Source: an uncultured Pseudobdellovibrionaceae bacterium
Lineage (GTDB): Bacteria > Bdellovibrionota > Bdellovibrionia > Bdellovibrionales > UBA1609
Assembly: GCA_963803705.1 (NCBI GenBank)
Contig: CAWDNU010000004.1
Span: forward strand, 160,001-224,000
Reading direction: 5' to 3'
Length of the DNA: 64,000 nucleotides
The notes under the pieces are model-generated. The model had not been told where the DNA came from. It saw nothing but the letters and a program-made list of their open reading frames with translations, and did not search any database. The first letter of the stretch is position 1. Each line of letters opens with the position of its first letter. A program made the translations under genes and the position numbers. Shown piece by piece: positions 31,194 through 39,909 of this stretch.

Positions 31194-31280
31194 CCTTCAA
31201 CACTGCGGCCCACTGATCAAGCTTAAGTACATGATCAAACAAATATATCAAAAGCTAACTCGCCATTAAATATTGAAATT

Positions 31281-31356
31281 TGGTGGACCCAACAGGGATC
31301 GAACCTGCGACCTCTACACTGCCAGCGTAGCGCTCTCCCAACTGAGCTATGGGCCC
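31281..31356 (-). tRNA. tRNA-Ala(GGC)
   Basis: GGGCCCATAGCTCAGTTGGGAGAGCGCTACGCTGGCAGTGTAGAGGTCGCAGGTTCGATCCCTGTTGGGTCCACCA: cloverleaf, anticodon GGC, G3:U70 identity pair, encoded CCA. Confidence 0.97.
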
Positions 31357-31457
31357 CGAACTATTTAGGAGTTTGTAACCAGAGTTGGATTTAAATTCAA
31401 TCTAGTTTTACATTTCAGAAAGGATTTCGAAATAATGACTCTGTGTGACCATCATTC

Positions 31458-31500
31458 GGAACCTGGCACCCTATACCTATCATAGTCATGTTAGGTATAG
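31458..31500. repeat. Single GGAACCTGGCACC REP-like unit followed by a hairpin (CTATACCTA/TAGGTATAG)
   Basis: The same 13-mer occurs in the arms of the 42029-42089 palindrome; it lies just after the mevalonate operon. Confidence 0.55.
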
Positions 31501-31536
31501 CTAGGTTCATGAAAATTTCAAACACGAATGCTTCTA

Positions 31537-32433
31537 TTAAAACTGGAGCTCTACCATTTGATCCAGTAAATCTTTTGGTGGCTCTTGGTCCCATAAAGAC
31601 AAGATGTAACCCCCACCACCTGATCCAGTAAGCTTGCACTGTATAGCGCCCCCACTATGAAGTCTGGCAATAGAATCTTCAACAAGCTTTGGTACTAGTC
31701 CCCATTGTGCAAAACAGTCTTGTCCTAAAGCCAGGCCCTGTTTAAGTAGCTCGAATTTTGATCTTTGATTTGAACTTGCAGAAAGTGCTTCTACACAAAG
31801 TTTGACCGACTCTTTCATCTGGCCGTCAAGTTTTGAAAATACATTTGGGTTAGTCACTTTTAAGGCTTTCACCAAATTCACGCACTCGGATGTGATTCCT
31901 TTTTTACCCGTGTAATATAAATAAATTTTTGGACTCCAGCTGGGCTTAAAAACTTTAGATTCTTTATCTCTTTGATATAAAATAGGTTGCTCGAAGAATG
32001 ATATGGCGATGTCGACGCCACTACTTTCGCCGTGAAACTGGTCTTCTAAGCTTCGACAGAACTCGAACAATTTATTTTCTGCTATAAATTCCATTTTCTG
32101 AAGGAAGCACCCAACACCTACACAAAGTGCGGCAGAGGCGCCTAATCCACCGCCCAAAGGTAAATAGCTAGTCAGACTAAGTTGACCCTTTAAATCCGAG
32201 CGCTTCTTTTCTACTCTAGACAAAGCCTCTTCTAAAAGCCCCCAAAAAAGAAATTTTAACGGGCCACCGTGAGGTCCACTAAACTTACATTCAAAATAAT
32301 CTGAAGAATCCTCAAATTTCATCTCTATAGCGTATTTCTTTAAAGGAAAAACTAAGGCAGGTGAACCTCTAAGTACTGCGTGTTCACCTGATAAAATACA
32401 TTTTGCATATAAAAACTTTTGAAAAGACTGCAT
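31537..32433 (-). CDS. mvk: Mevalonate kinase (GHMP family)
   Basis: KCILSGEHAVLRG, PLGGGLGASAA, FHGESSGVD, KLTGSGGGG. Confidence 0.85.
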   Translation of the reverse strand: MQSFQKFLYAKCILSGEHAVLRGSPALVFPLKKYAIEMKFEDSSDYFECKFSGPHGGPLKFLFWGLLEEALSRVEKKRSDLKGQLSLTSYLPLGGGLGASAALCVGVGCFLQKMEFIAENKLFEFCRSLEDQFHGESSGVDIAISFFEQPILYQRDKESKVFKPSWSPKIYLYYTGKKGITSECVNLVKALKVTNPNVFSKLDGQMKESVKLCVEALSASSNQRSKFELLKQGLALGQDCFAQWGLVPKLVEDSIARLHSGGAIQCKLTGSGGGGYILSLWDQEPPKDLLDQMVELQF

Positions 32434-33384
32434 CTAGTTTCTCATAATTTGATATTTAGAATTCCACTTATCATAAAAATTATCCATCATCATTTTCTGA
32501 TCTGGCCTGAATAAAAAATGAACATTTGGGCCAGCATCCATCGTAATAATTGGGCCGTCCCCAATCATCTTCCAGAAATCTCTAATCCAGTTTAGAATTT
32601 CTAAAGTCTGAGGCTGCATATACCCAAAGCTTGGAATTGAGGTTTCAAACATGGCGTGCATATCCCAGAATTCTGCCCAGCAGATCTCGTAGGTCTTTTG
32701 CCAATTTTTTATCTGTAAGGCCTCTACTAGCTGACCCATCCTAATTCTTGCTCGCTGGGCTCGCCCCTCAAACAACTGACTTGTAATCACTCTGTTGTGG
32801 GCTTCACTAGAACTTACTTTTTTAGGATCGCGACTTACTACGAAAACCATATGGTATAGTTTACTAAAAGGCAGCTTAAGCTCGCTGACTGTGTCTTCGC
32901 TCCAGAAACCCCATGGACTGTAAAAAGATCGACAAGATGATCCAGAACCCTCGCGGCTTAATAGCGCTTGCTGTTGAATTGACAACATTGGCTGGTCTTG
33001 CAATTCGCATATGGCTTTTGATGCAGCTGAAGTCAAAGCTGCAAAACTACTTGCTGAACTAGCTAAGCCGCAATCACTTGGGAAATTGTTTTTTGATTTA
33101 ACAATAAAGTTATATTTACAGTTAAACTTACCTTTTATAAGGTTAAAAAAGTTTAAAAACTTTTTTTCCTGAGCTCCACTTAAATTTAAATCTGATCCTG
33201 GCAGAGCTTCAAAATGGTCTTTGGTATCTGTAGTTAACATAAGTTCTACATCTGAAGTTAAATGATTTAATGTGTAAGATAGAGTCGGGTTAACAGTTTG
33301 GTTGGTTAAGCCAGGGATTTTCCCCATGTATTTGATAAGAGCAATATTTGAAGGGGCAGAGCTTTTCCATGTCAGATTATTCAT
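32434..33384 (-). CDS. mvaD: Diphosphomevalonate decarboxylase
   Basis: APSNIALIKYMGK, NNFPSDCGLASSAS, GSGSSCRS, TMDAGPNVH. Confidence 0.9.
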   Translation of the reverse strand: MNNLTWKSSAPSNIALIKYMGKIPGLTNQTVNPTLSYTLNHLTSDVELMLTTDTKDHFEALPGSDLNLSGAQEKKFLNFFNLIKGKFNCKYNFIVKSKNNFPSDCGLASSASSFAALTSAASKAICELQDQPMLSIQQQALLSREGSGSSCRSFYSPWGFWSEDTVSELKLPFSKLYHMVFVVSRDPKKVSSSEAHNRVITSQLFEGRAQRARIRMGQLVEALQIKNWQKTYEICWAEFWDMHAMFETSIPSFGYMQPQTLEILNWIRDFWKMIGDGPIITMDAGPNVHFLFRPDQKMMMDNFYDKWNSKYQIMRN

Positions 33385-33395
33385 AGCTTCAAACC

Positions 33396-34334
33396 TTAAT
33401 CAATTCCATTTACATTCGCAATAAATATTAAATCCTCTATTTTTTGAACATTCTTTACTAACTCTTTGAAACCAGTTCCATGGTAAAAAACAGCTAAAAC
33501 ATCGGCACCTAATGCGCCACATCCTCGAGCATAACTGACCCCTTTTATCTTTTGGATGCGGTCGATAACTTTAAGAGTTGCCACACATTTTAAGTTCAAT
33601 TTCAACAATTGCAAATCGAAAGCCTGAAGGGCATTTAAAAAAGTCTGCTGATTTTTGGTATCATAAGCGTTTGTAACGATTAGGCTACTTGCTTTTAAAT
33701 GCTCGAATTTTTCTTTTTTAAGGCCTTCAAGATGTTCATGTGTTTTTATCTTTTTCTTGGTTTTGAAAACAAGAATGTTTAATCCTGAAAATAGTTTGTC
33801 TGACTTTAAAATTTTAACTTCATTTTCTTCTGTACTAATCACAGAAAGTTGTCCACTCATTGGATATTTTTTAGTTCGATATTGTTCATATAGTGACAAG
33901 TTTTCAAATAGCGTGTTTTGACATTGAGCTAATAAATCATATCCGCTAGGGATATTTTGATGCTCCTTAAAGATATTTCGGTACTCATTCCACGTATGAA
34001 AGAAATCTATTGAATTATGCTGATTCTTTTTCAAATCCAAAGCGTATTTCGCCGTGATAAATTCAGCAGTTGATCTCCCAAAGCCTCCGGCTAAGTCGTG
34101 GGGATCATTAAATTCTATGTATGCTTTGCTATTTATATTCCGACCACACTTTTCTAAAATTTGACCTGCTGGTGACTTGGGATGAAAGATTGGATTTGTG
34201 TCTGAACAAAATTCTGTTGCTTTCTTAAAATTTGCTTCAAAATAAGGGTCATGTGTTAGCACACCAGCATGACCACCCACCAGGGCGCTGTATTCCCCCC
34301 ATAAAAATGTCTTACTGGGAATTAGGATCTTCAA
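33396..34334 (-). CDS. Divergent GHMP kinase, probable phosphomevalonate kinase
   Basis: TTG start at 34334 after AAGGGG; PSKTFLWGEYSAL, GGFGRSTA, PSGYD, GCGALGAD; lies inside the mevalonate operon. Confidence 0.7.
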   Translation of the reverse strand: MKILIPSKTFLWGEYSALVGGHAGVLTHDPYFEANFKKATEFCSDTNPIFHPKSPAGQILEKCGRNINSKAYIEFNDPHDLAGGFGRSTAEFITAKYALDLKKNQHNSIDFFHTWNEYRNIFKEHQNIPSGYDLLAQCQNTLFENLSLYEQYRTKKYPMSGQLSVISTEENEVKILKSDKLFSGLNILVFKTKKKIKTHEHLEGLKKEKFEHLKASSLIVTNAYDTKNQQTFLNALQAFDLQLLKLNLKCVATLKVIDRIQKIKGVSYARGCGALGADVLAVFYHGTGFKELVKNVQKIEDLIFIANVNGID

Positions 34335-35625
34335 CAGGTCCCCTTCGACGTAGTTCGCCCAACACCTCGATCGCATTAGACAGCGAAATCCGGCGTGTAG
34401 CCTTAAGAATTTCTTCTAGCCGGCTTTGTACAGCAACGGTTTCTGACTCTTTGGCCCCTGCGCTCAGTGCAAGATTTTTAATGTGAAGCTTCATATGGCC
34501 TTCGATTATACCCACTGTAGAAAGAGCGCGAAGAGCACCTAGGTTCTGCACTAAGCCCACTGCTGCACATACTCGGGATAACTCGTCTGCTGACTTAATG
34601 TTCATCATCCTCATCGACATTTTTGCAAAAGGATGAAGTGTTGTAACACCGCCGACTGTGCCTACAGAGATTGGGGCTACGATATTTCCGAAAAGCTTTT
34701 TACTTTTTAAATCATAATCCCAGTGGGTGATGGATTTGTACTGTCCGGAAGATGCCGCGAAAGCATGAAGGCCAGCTTGTACTGCTCTCCAATCGTTTCC
34801 TGTTGCAATTAAGATAGGGTCGATTCCGTTTAAAACACCTTTATTATTTGTAGCGGCTCTGTAAGGATCAATAGCCCCAAAAAGCGAAGCCTCTTTAATT
34901 TTTTCGCCAAGCTGTTCATCTATACCGAATAATTCTACTTCGGCTTTAACCAGCCTGGTATCAGTTAAATTGCTAAGAATACACATGGTTACTTTTTCAC
35001 TTGAAATTTTTTCTAAAGGCTCAGATAAAAACTCGCATATCTGATTGATGATATTTGCGCCCATGGCATCACAAGTTTTAACCTCGACATGTACCACGCC
35101 CATTTTTAAACCATCAGGTCTATCTAAGACTCTGACTCGAAGATTTTTAACACCTCCGCCGCGTCTCACCAAACCAAATGCCGGAATCTCGTTGGCCATT
35201 TTAATTATATCATCAAACTTAGCTAAAATAGTGTCTTCAAATTTCTTAAAGTCTTTAAGCTTTGCAAACTGAATTTGACCGATACCAAGGTGGCCAAGCA
35301 TGGAGGTCCTTATTCCACCCTTTGACTTAATCCATTTTGCAGTCTTGCTAGCGGCTGCGATGATCGAAGTCTCTTCGACGACCATAGGAATAGGAATTTC
35401 GCGCCCATCGATATTAAAATATGTTGCGACCCCGAAGGGCATTGGAAAGTAACCTAGCGAGTTCTCGATAAACTTTTCAGCCAAATCAGGTTGTATAAAG
35501 CTGCTAAGTCTTAGCTGCTTTACATCTTCCCTACTGATGAAACCTAGCTCTATTAGACGCTCGAACCTCTGCTTTCGGTCTAACTTGGAAAAGCCTTCAA
35601 ACAAGCTTAGATCTTCCATTCCCAT
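34312..35625 (-). CDS. mvaA: HMG-CoA reductase, class II
   Basis: IENSLG, PMVVEETSIIAAAS, DAMGANIIN, ILSNL, NKGVLNGID, ATGNDWRA, GHMKLH. Confidence 0.92.
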   Translation of the reverse strand: MGMEDLSLFEGFSKLDRKQRFERLIELGFISREDVKQLRLSSFIQPDLAEKFIENSLGYFPMPFGVATYFNIDGREIPIPMVVEETSIIAAASKTAKWIKSKGGIRTSMLGHLGIGQIQFAKLKDFKKFEDTILAKFDDIIKMANEIPAFGLVRRGGGVKNLRVRVLDRPDGLKMGVVHVEVKTCDAMGANIINQICEFLSEPLEKISSEKVTMCILSNLTDTRLVKAEVELFGIDEQLGEKIKEASLFGAIDPYRAATNNKGVLNGIDPILIATGNDWRAVQAGLHAFAASSGQYKSITHWDYDLKSKKLFGNIVAPISVGTVGGVTTLHPFAKMSMRMMNIKSADELSRVCAAVGLVQNLGALRALSTVGIIEGHMKLHIKNLALSAGAKESETVAVQSRLEEILKATRRISLSNAIEVLGELRRRGPVEDPNSQ

Positions 35626-36725
35626 TTAGCATCCTTTCGACATGAGCCTACATCTTTGTAACCGCTACAGAATAAACCTATTTTAGTCTCAAACTCTAAT
35701 AATTCCATATACTGAATAAGAATGTCATAACCCTCTAGTGCATGTCGCAAAATGGGCTGTGCCAAACCAACCATTTCTGCACCCATGGATAAGCAAGAGA
35801 CAATATCTAATCCTGTTCTGACCCCGCCAGAAGCCCAGTAATTCCCATCACGCCCAGTTTGTTTCATTAATTTTGCAGCATAGGACAAAGACTTAGCGGT
35901 CGTAATTCCCCAATTCGCATAAGTCTTGCTGGCTTTTATATACATATCAAGATCAATGTTTTGTTCTAAACTAGTTTTGCCCGAAATCCTTTTTTTAGAT
36001 GTCGCCATATTATTAGTTTCATTTCTTCCCCCTTCTATGCGGCCCCAGTGGGTTCCACCAAAGCCAGAAACATCGACGCCATACAAATCTGAAATTTCAA
36101 ACACCCGCTTTAAAGTCAACATATCAAATCCGCATCCAGTCTCTTTCAACAACACTGGAACAGGGCTTAGTTTGCAAAACTCTTCTATGGCTTTTAGACC
36201 ATTCTTAAACCGAGGGGTGCCTTCAACCTGTAGAACTTCTTGCAAGGGATTACAGTGGATAAAAATAGCGTTAGCTTTTAAGCTTTCGATCAACTTCAAC
36301 ATCTTGTCTGGACCAGAAGTTATAAGTTGCGTGACACCCAGGTTACCGGCCAAACTTAAGTCAGGAAACTCATTTATGATTCGCGTCCATTCTTTATCCT
36401 TTTCGGGATTAGAAAGCTGTTTTCGTTGGGAACCAACGGCAAACAGCCAGTTCTTTTCGGCACAAGCTTTAGCAAGCTTATAATTGATTTTTTCTCCTTC
36501 TGAATGCCCAGCTGTCATAGAGCTTACAAATATAGGAGCTGCTAGCTTAACATTATTCAGGACTGTTGTTTGCAAACTTACGTCAGCAAAATCTATTTCT
36601 GGCATGGCTTTGTGATATAGTTGTATTTCGTCAGAGGGTGCAATTCCAACTTGATTTGAACTAATTAAAGACTGCGATATGTGATCTTTTTTTCTGGTTT
36701 CAAATTTTGGGTCCTCAATGCTCAT
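35607..36725 (-). CDS. fni: Type 2 (FMN-dependent) isopentenyl-diphosphate isomerase
   Basis: RKKDHI, SSMTAG, VGSQR, HCNPLQE, KETGCG, GGTHW, SGGVR. Confidence 0.9.
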   Translation of the reverse strand: MSIEDPKFETRKKDHISQSLISSNQVGIAPSDEIQLYHKAMPEIDFADVSLQTTVLNNVKLAAPIFVSSMTAGHSEGEKINYKLAKACAEKNWLFAVGSQRKQLSNPEKDKEWTRIINEFPDLSLAGNLGVTQLITSGPDKMLKLIESLKANAIFIHCNPLQEVLQVEGTPRFKNGLKAIEEFCKLSPVPVLLKETGCGFDMLTLKRVFEISDLYGVDVSGFGGTHWGRIEGGRNETNNMATSKKRISGKTSLEQNIDLDMYIKASKTYANWGITTAKSLSYAAKLMKQTGRDGNYWASGGVRTGLDIVSCLSMGAEMVGLAQPILRHALEGYDILIQYMELLEFETKIGLFCSGYKDVGSCRKDAKWEWKI

Positions 36726-36750
36726 GTTCCACCTTTACCGTAATTTGACT

Positions 36751-36786
36751 AAAAAAAAACCTATCATGAAGGATAGGTTTTTTTTT
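36751..36786. terminator. Bidirectional Rho-independent terminator after rplT
   Basis: A9-CCTATC-ATGAAG-GATAGG-T9. Confidence 0.75.
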
Positions 36787-36815
36787 ACAAACTAGAATTC
36801 AATAAGTTTGTTAAA

Positions 36816-37163
36816 TCAAATTGATTTAACTTTTTCAACTAAGGATGCAAAACCTTCGGCATCTCTGACAGCCATATCAGCTAAAATTTTTCGATCTAAA
36901 TCAAGGCCTAGCGTCTTAAGTCCACCCATAAATTTACTATACGACAGATCACCCAAACGAGTGGCTGCGTTGATTCTTTGGATCCAAAGTTTTCTGAAGT
37001 CTCTTTTCTTAGCTTTACGATCTCTGTATGCATAAACTAAAGCTCTGTCATTCATCTCTTTGGCGACAGTAAACAAGCGACTCCCTGAAGAGTAATAACC
37101 ACTTGCGCGCTCTAAAACCTTTTTTCTGCGTTGCTTAGCAACTGTTCCGCGTTTAACTCTCAT
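36816..37163 (-). CDS. rplT: 50S ribosomal protein L20
   Basis: [33 protein letters not shown]. Confidence 0.97.
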   Translation of the reverse strand: MRVKRGTVAKQRRKKVLERASGYYSSGSRLFTVAKEMNDRALVYAYRDRKAKKRDFRKLWIQRINAATRLGDLSYSKFMGGLKTLGLDLDRKILADMAVRDAEGFASLVEKVKSI

Positions 37164-37170
37164 TTTTCAC

Positions 37171-37368
37171 CTACCCTAGTAACAACGTTCTGATAGTTTT
37201 TTCTTGAGTCTTATCAACATGAGCCATCATCGATAAATGTCTTTTTCGATTAGATGATTTATTAACAAGAATGTGTCTTAAACCGCGTTTTTTTCGTTTG
37301 ATCTTGCCACCTGGTTTTAAGCGGAATCTTTTTTTAGCCCCACTGTGAGACTTTAACTTGTAACCCAT
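37171..37368 (-). CDS. rpmI: 50S ribosomal protein L35
   Basis: MGYKLKSHSGAKKRF...RHIL; GGAG RBS; start corrected to 37368. Confidence 0.95.
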   Translation of the reverse strand: MGYKLKSHSGAKKRFRLKPGGKIKRKKRGLRHILVNKSSNRKRHLSMMAHVDKTQEKTIRTLLLG

Positions 37369-37480
37369 TACTACTCCATTCCCATACAGGCGCCTTTGTG
37401 AATTCAAAGATCTTTTAAGCCTCTAAAAGGTGATTGATTTTTATAGGATAAAACAATAAGCATGACAAGATTAAAATTCT

Positions 37481-38342
37481 ATGTTTTTTTATCAAAGTCG
37501 AAACATTCACAAGACTAACTTTTGCTCTAATCGTCCTTACAGCCCTTTTAAACCCGGCTGAGGCTAGATCCATTAATTTAGACAATGGACCTTCAAAAAA
37601 AGGTGCTAATAATTCACCTGAGAAACTAAAACCTATTGTTTCTGAGGCCAAAGAGTTTAGATTTACCCCTCATATTTCGGCCGAGGCCTTTACTCGCCCA
37701 AAAGGAAAATTTTCATTTCAAAGAAGTGTTGGAGCCAATTTAAACACCAGTGTTTTTCTTTCTGCTTTTAACTATGCTTTAACTGACCGCCTTGAAATTG
37801 GAACAGTAATAGGTAACTACTTTTCTGATTTGCACCGTTGGAACTTAAATTTAAGATATAATTTTTGGAGATCAAACACTTTTCTTTGGTCTGCAGGTTT
37901 TAGCATTTTCGAAAGTAATTTCGATGAAGAAGATCTTGACCCGAGTCTAAGGGGTTTAGGCCTAAAAGTCGGTATCAACACCTTTCAAATTTTATTTAAT
38001 TACTTACCAAATAATTCAAATTTTAAATATGGTGTAAATTATAATACTGTATTAACCAATATTATTGGCTTACAAGGTGAGGATGACACATTAGAAATAG
38101 GTGCTCTTAGTGAACTGGGAGTTGATATAAGCTACGCTTTTCAACAGACATTTGATGTAACCCTAGGCTTCGGTTGGCTCAGAGAAGATGGTTTCTCTGC
38201 ACTAGAAAAAATTAGATTTGGCTTTGGTCCAAGCTTAAGATGGTATCGTCCTAAAAAACTATTATCGAGCCCTACACTAGGCATACATTATACTCCAAGC
38301 TCAGGCGACACTGAGGCTTTGTTTTCAAGCTCAATCTATTAA
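37481..38342 (+). CDS. Hypothetical outer-membrane beta-barrel-like protein; 5' end out of frame at a T7 tract
   Basis: The frame of ORF 37830-38342 is open back to 37452 and encodes a signal peptide (RLTFALIVLTALLNPAEA) but has no start codon. ATG 37481 followed by T7 is one base out of frame. Amphipathic beta-strands and a terminal aromatic residue. Confidence 0.55.
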
Positions 38343-38450
38343 TATTTGTAAGATGCCGCAGTACTGGTTTAAAAATAGGCAAATGCGCTTTTGTTTAAAA
38401 AAGGGCTTGGGTGCTTATTAAAGGTAGATAGCAGCGTCGATTGTAAAGGC

Positions 38451-38786
38451 TTAAACTTTAGGTAGACCCAGTCGGTTCCATTCAAGCATACCACCGATCA
38501 CATTACTAACATTAGAGAATCCTAAATCTTTAGCCATTTGTGTGGCCTGACCTGAGCGACCACCGCTTCGACATACAAATGAAATTTGTGTGCTTTTGTC
38601 TTCGTTTTGTAAATAACTATGAAGATCTTCGCCTAAGGTTTTAAGTACAGCATCTTCAATGTGTCCAAGTTCACCAGAGAACTCGTCATCTCTTCGTACA
38701 TCAATTATTTTAAATTTTGTTTTGTTTTTCAGTAAATCCTCGCATTTGATTTCGTCAATCCCGAGAATAGAATTTTTTGTAAACAT
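38451..38786 (-). CDS. Rhodanese-like domain protein
   Basis: IIDVR, GHIEDA, VCRSGGRS, GGMLEW. Confidence 0.88.
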   Translation of the reverse strand: MFTKNSILGIDEIKCEDLLKNKTKFKIIDVRRDDEFSGELGHIEDAVLKTLGEDLHSYLQNEDKSTQISFVCRSGGRSGQATQMAKDLGFSNVSNVIGGMLEWNRLGLPKV

Positions 38787-38794
38787 TTAAACTC

Positions 38795-39196
38795 CTAAGG
38801 TTTAATCTCGGACTTGTAGCCAGCTGCAGTGATTAGTGTTGTAACCATATCTGTATCTACGGGCTGACCCTCGTTGAAATAAATTAAATAGTTTTTGAAA
38901 TCTGTAGGGATTACTTTATAGATCGCCTGGTTGTCCTGCAAAACCGACTTTATTTTGTAAGCACAGTTGGCGTCAATCGCATCACTAACAAACACCTTTA
39001 CGTTTTTTAGTCGAGCTAAATCTTTTTCAGTCCGATCTACAAACCCAATTTTATCGTCTTTAGATAATTTTTCTTCAGCCACAGGTTTTGGTTTTTTTTT
39101 GAAGAAGCCAAGTGCAGCGTGTGACGGGCTTAGAAGTAGACCGTAACTAAATAGCATGGCGCCTAATACAAATACAAACAACCGGGTCATAAACAC
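38795..39196 (-). CDS. Hypothetical exported protein with a degenerate HMA-like C-terminal domain
   Basis: Signal peptide; DANCAYKIK...ITAAGYK resembles a heavy-metal-associated fold with only one Cys. Confidence 0.5.
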   Translation of the reverse strand: MFMTRLFVFVLGAMLFSYGLLLSPSHAALGFFKKKPKPVAEEKLSKDDKIGFVDRTEKDLARLKNVKVFVSDAIDANCAYKIKSVLQDNQAIYKVIPTDFKNYLIYFNEGQPVDTDMVTTLITAAGYKSEIKP

Positions 39197-39223
39197 CTCG
39201 CTTTAAGATTCAATTGAAACAAC

Positions 39224-39868
39224 TTATGCCTGAGCAGAGGCGTCTTCTTCAGCTTTTGCTTCTGCTTTCTGACTCTCTTTCAGTTTATCTTTTTGTTCTC
39301 TGTTTAAACGCTTCTTTATGTCTTTTATTTTAAGTGGGTCTGGCGCAATTATGGCGTATAGCTGACGGCCTTCTTTTTTAGGTGGGACTTCCAGAATGGC
39401 ATGGGTGTCTAACATCTTTGCAAATTTATTGACCAACTCGTAACCCAATTCTTGGTGAGCCATCTCGCGGCCTGAAAATCTTAAATTAACTTTAACCTTG
39501 TCACCGTCTAAAAGAAATCTACGAGCGTGTTTACACTTAGTTTCTAGGTCGTGATCTTCAGTTCTAGGACGCAGCTGGATCTCTTTAACGTGGACTATCA
39601 CTTGTTTTTTACGAGCTTCAGTCTGTTTCTTTTTATTTTCGTACTTAAACCTGCCGTAATCCATAATTTTACAAGTGGGTGGTTTAGCGGTTGGCGCGAT
39701 TTCGATTAAATCCAACCCGCGGCCTTCTGCTATCTTTACAGCCTCAGGAACTGAAAAAACACCAAGCATTTCACCATCATCTGCTATCACACGAACTTCT
39801 GTTGCGCGAATGTCATGGTTCATTTTAAGACCCATATCTCTTTTTTGTGATCCTCTTCCTTTTTTAAT
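39224..39868 (-). CDS. infC: Translation initiation factor IF-3 with a non-canonical ATT start
   Basis: IRATEVRVI, LDLIEIAP, PPTCKIMDYG, KEIQLRP, GDKVKV, FSGRE. In-frame ATT at 39868 lies 5 nt after AAGGAGG. Confidence 0.93.
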   Translation of the reverse strand: MKKGRGSQKRDMGLKMNHDIRATEVRVIADDGEMLGVFSVPEAVKIAEGRGLDLIEIAPTAKPPTCKIMDYGRFKYENKKKQTEARKKQVIVHVKEIQLRPRTEDHDLETKCKHARRFLLDGDKVKVNLRFSGREMAHQELGYELVNKFAKMLDTHAILEVPPKKEGRQLYAIIAPDPLKIKDIKKRLNREQKDKLKESQKAEAKAEEDASAQA

Positions 39869-39909
39869 CTGATCCTCCTTAAGGATTTAATTTAAATCTA
39901 AATCAATAC

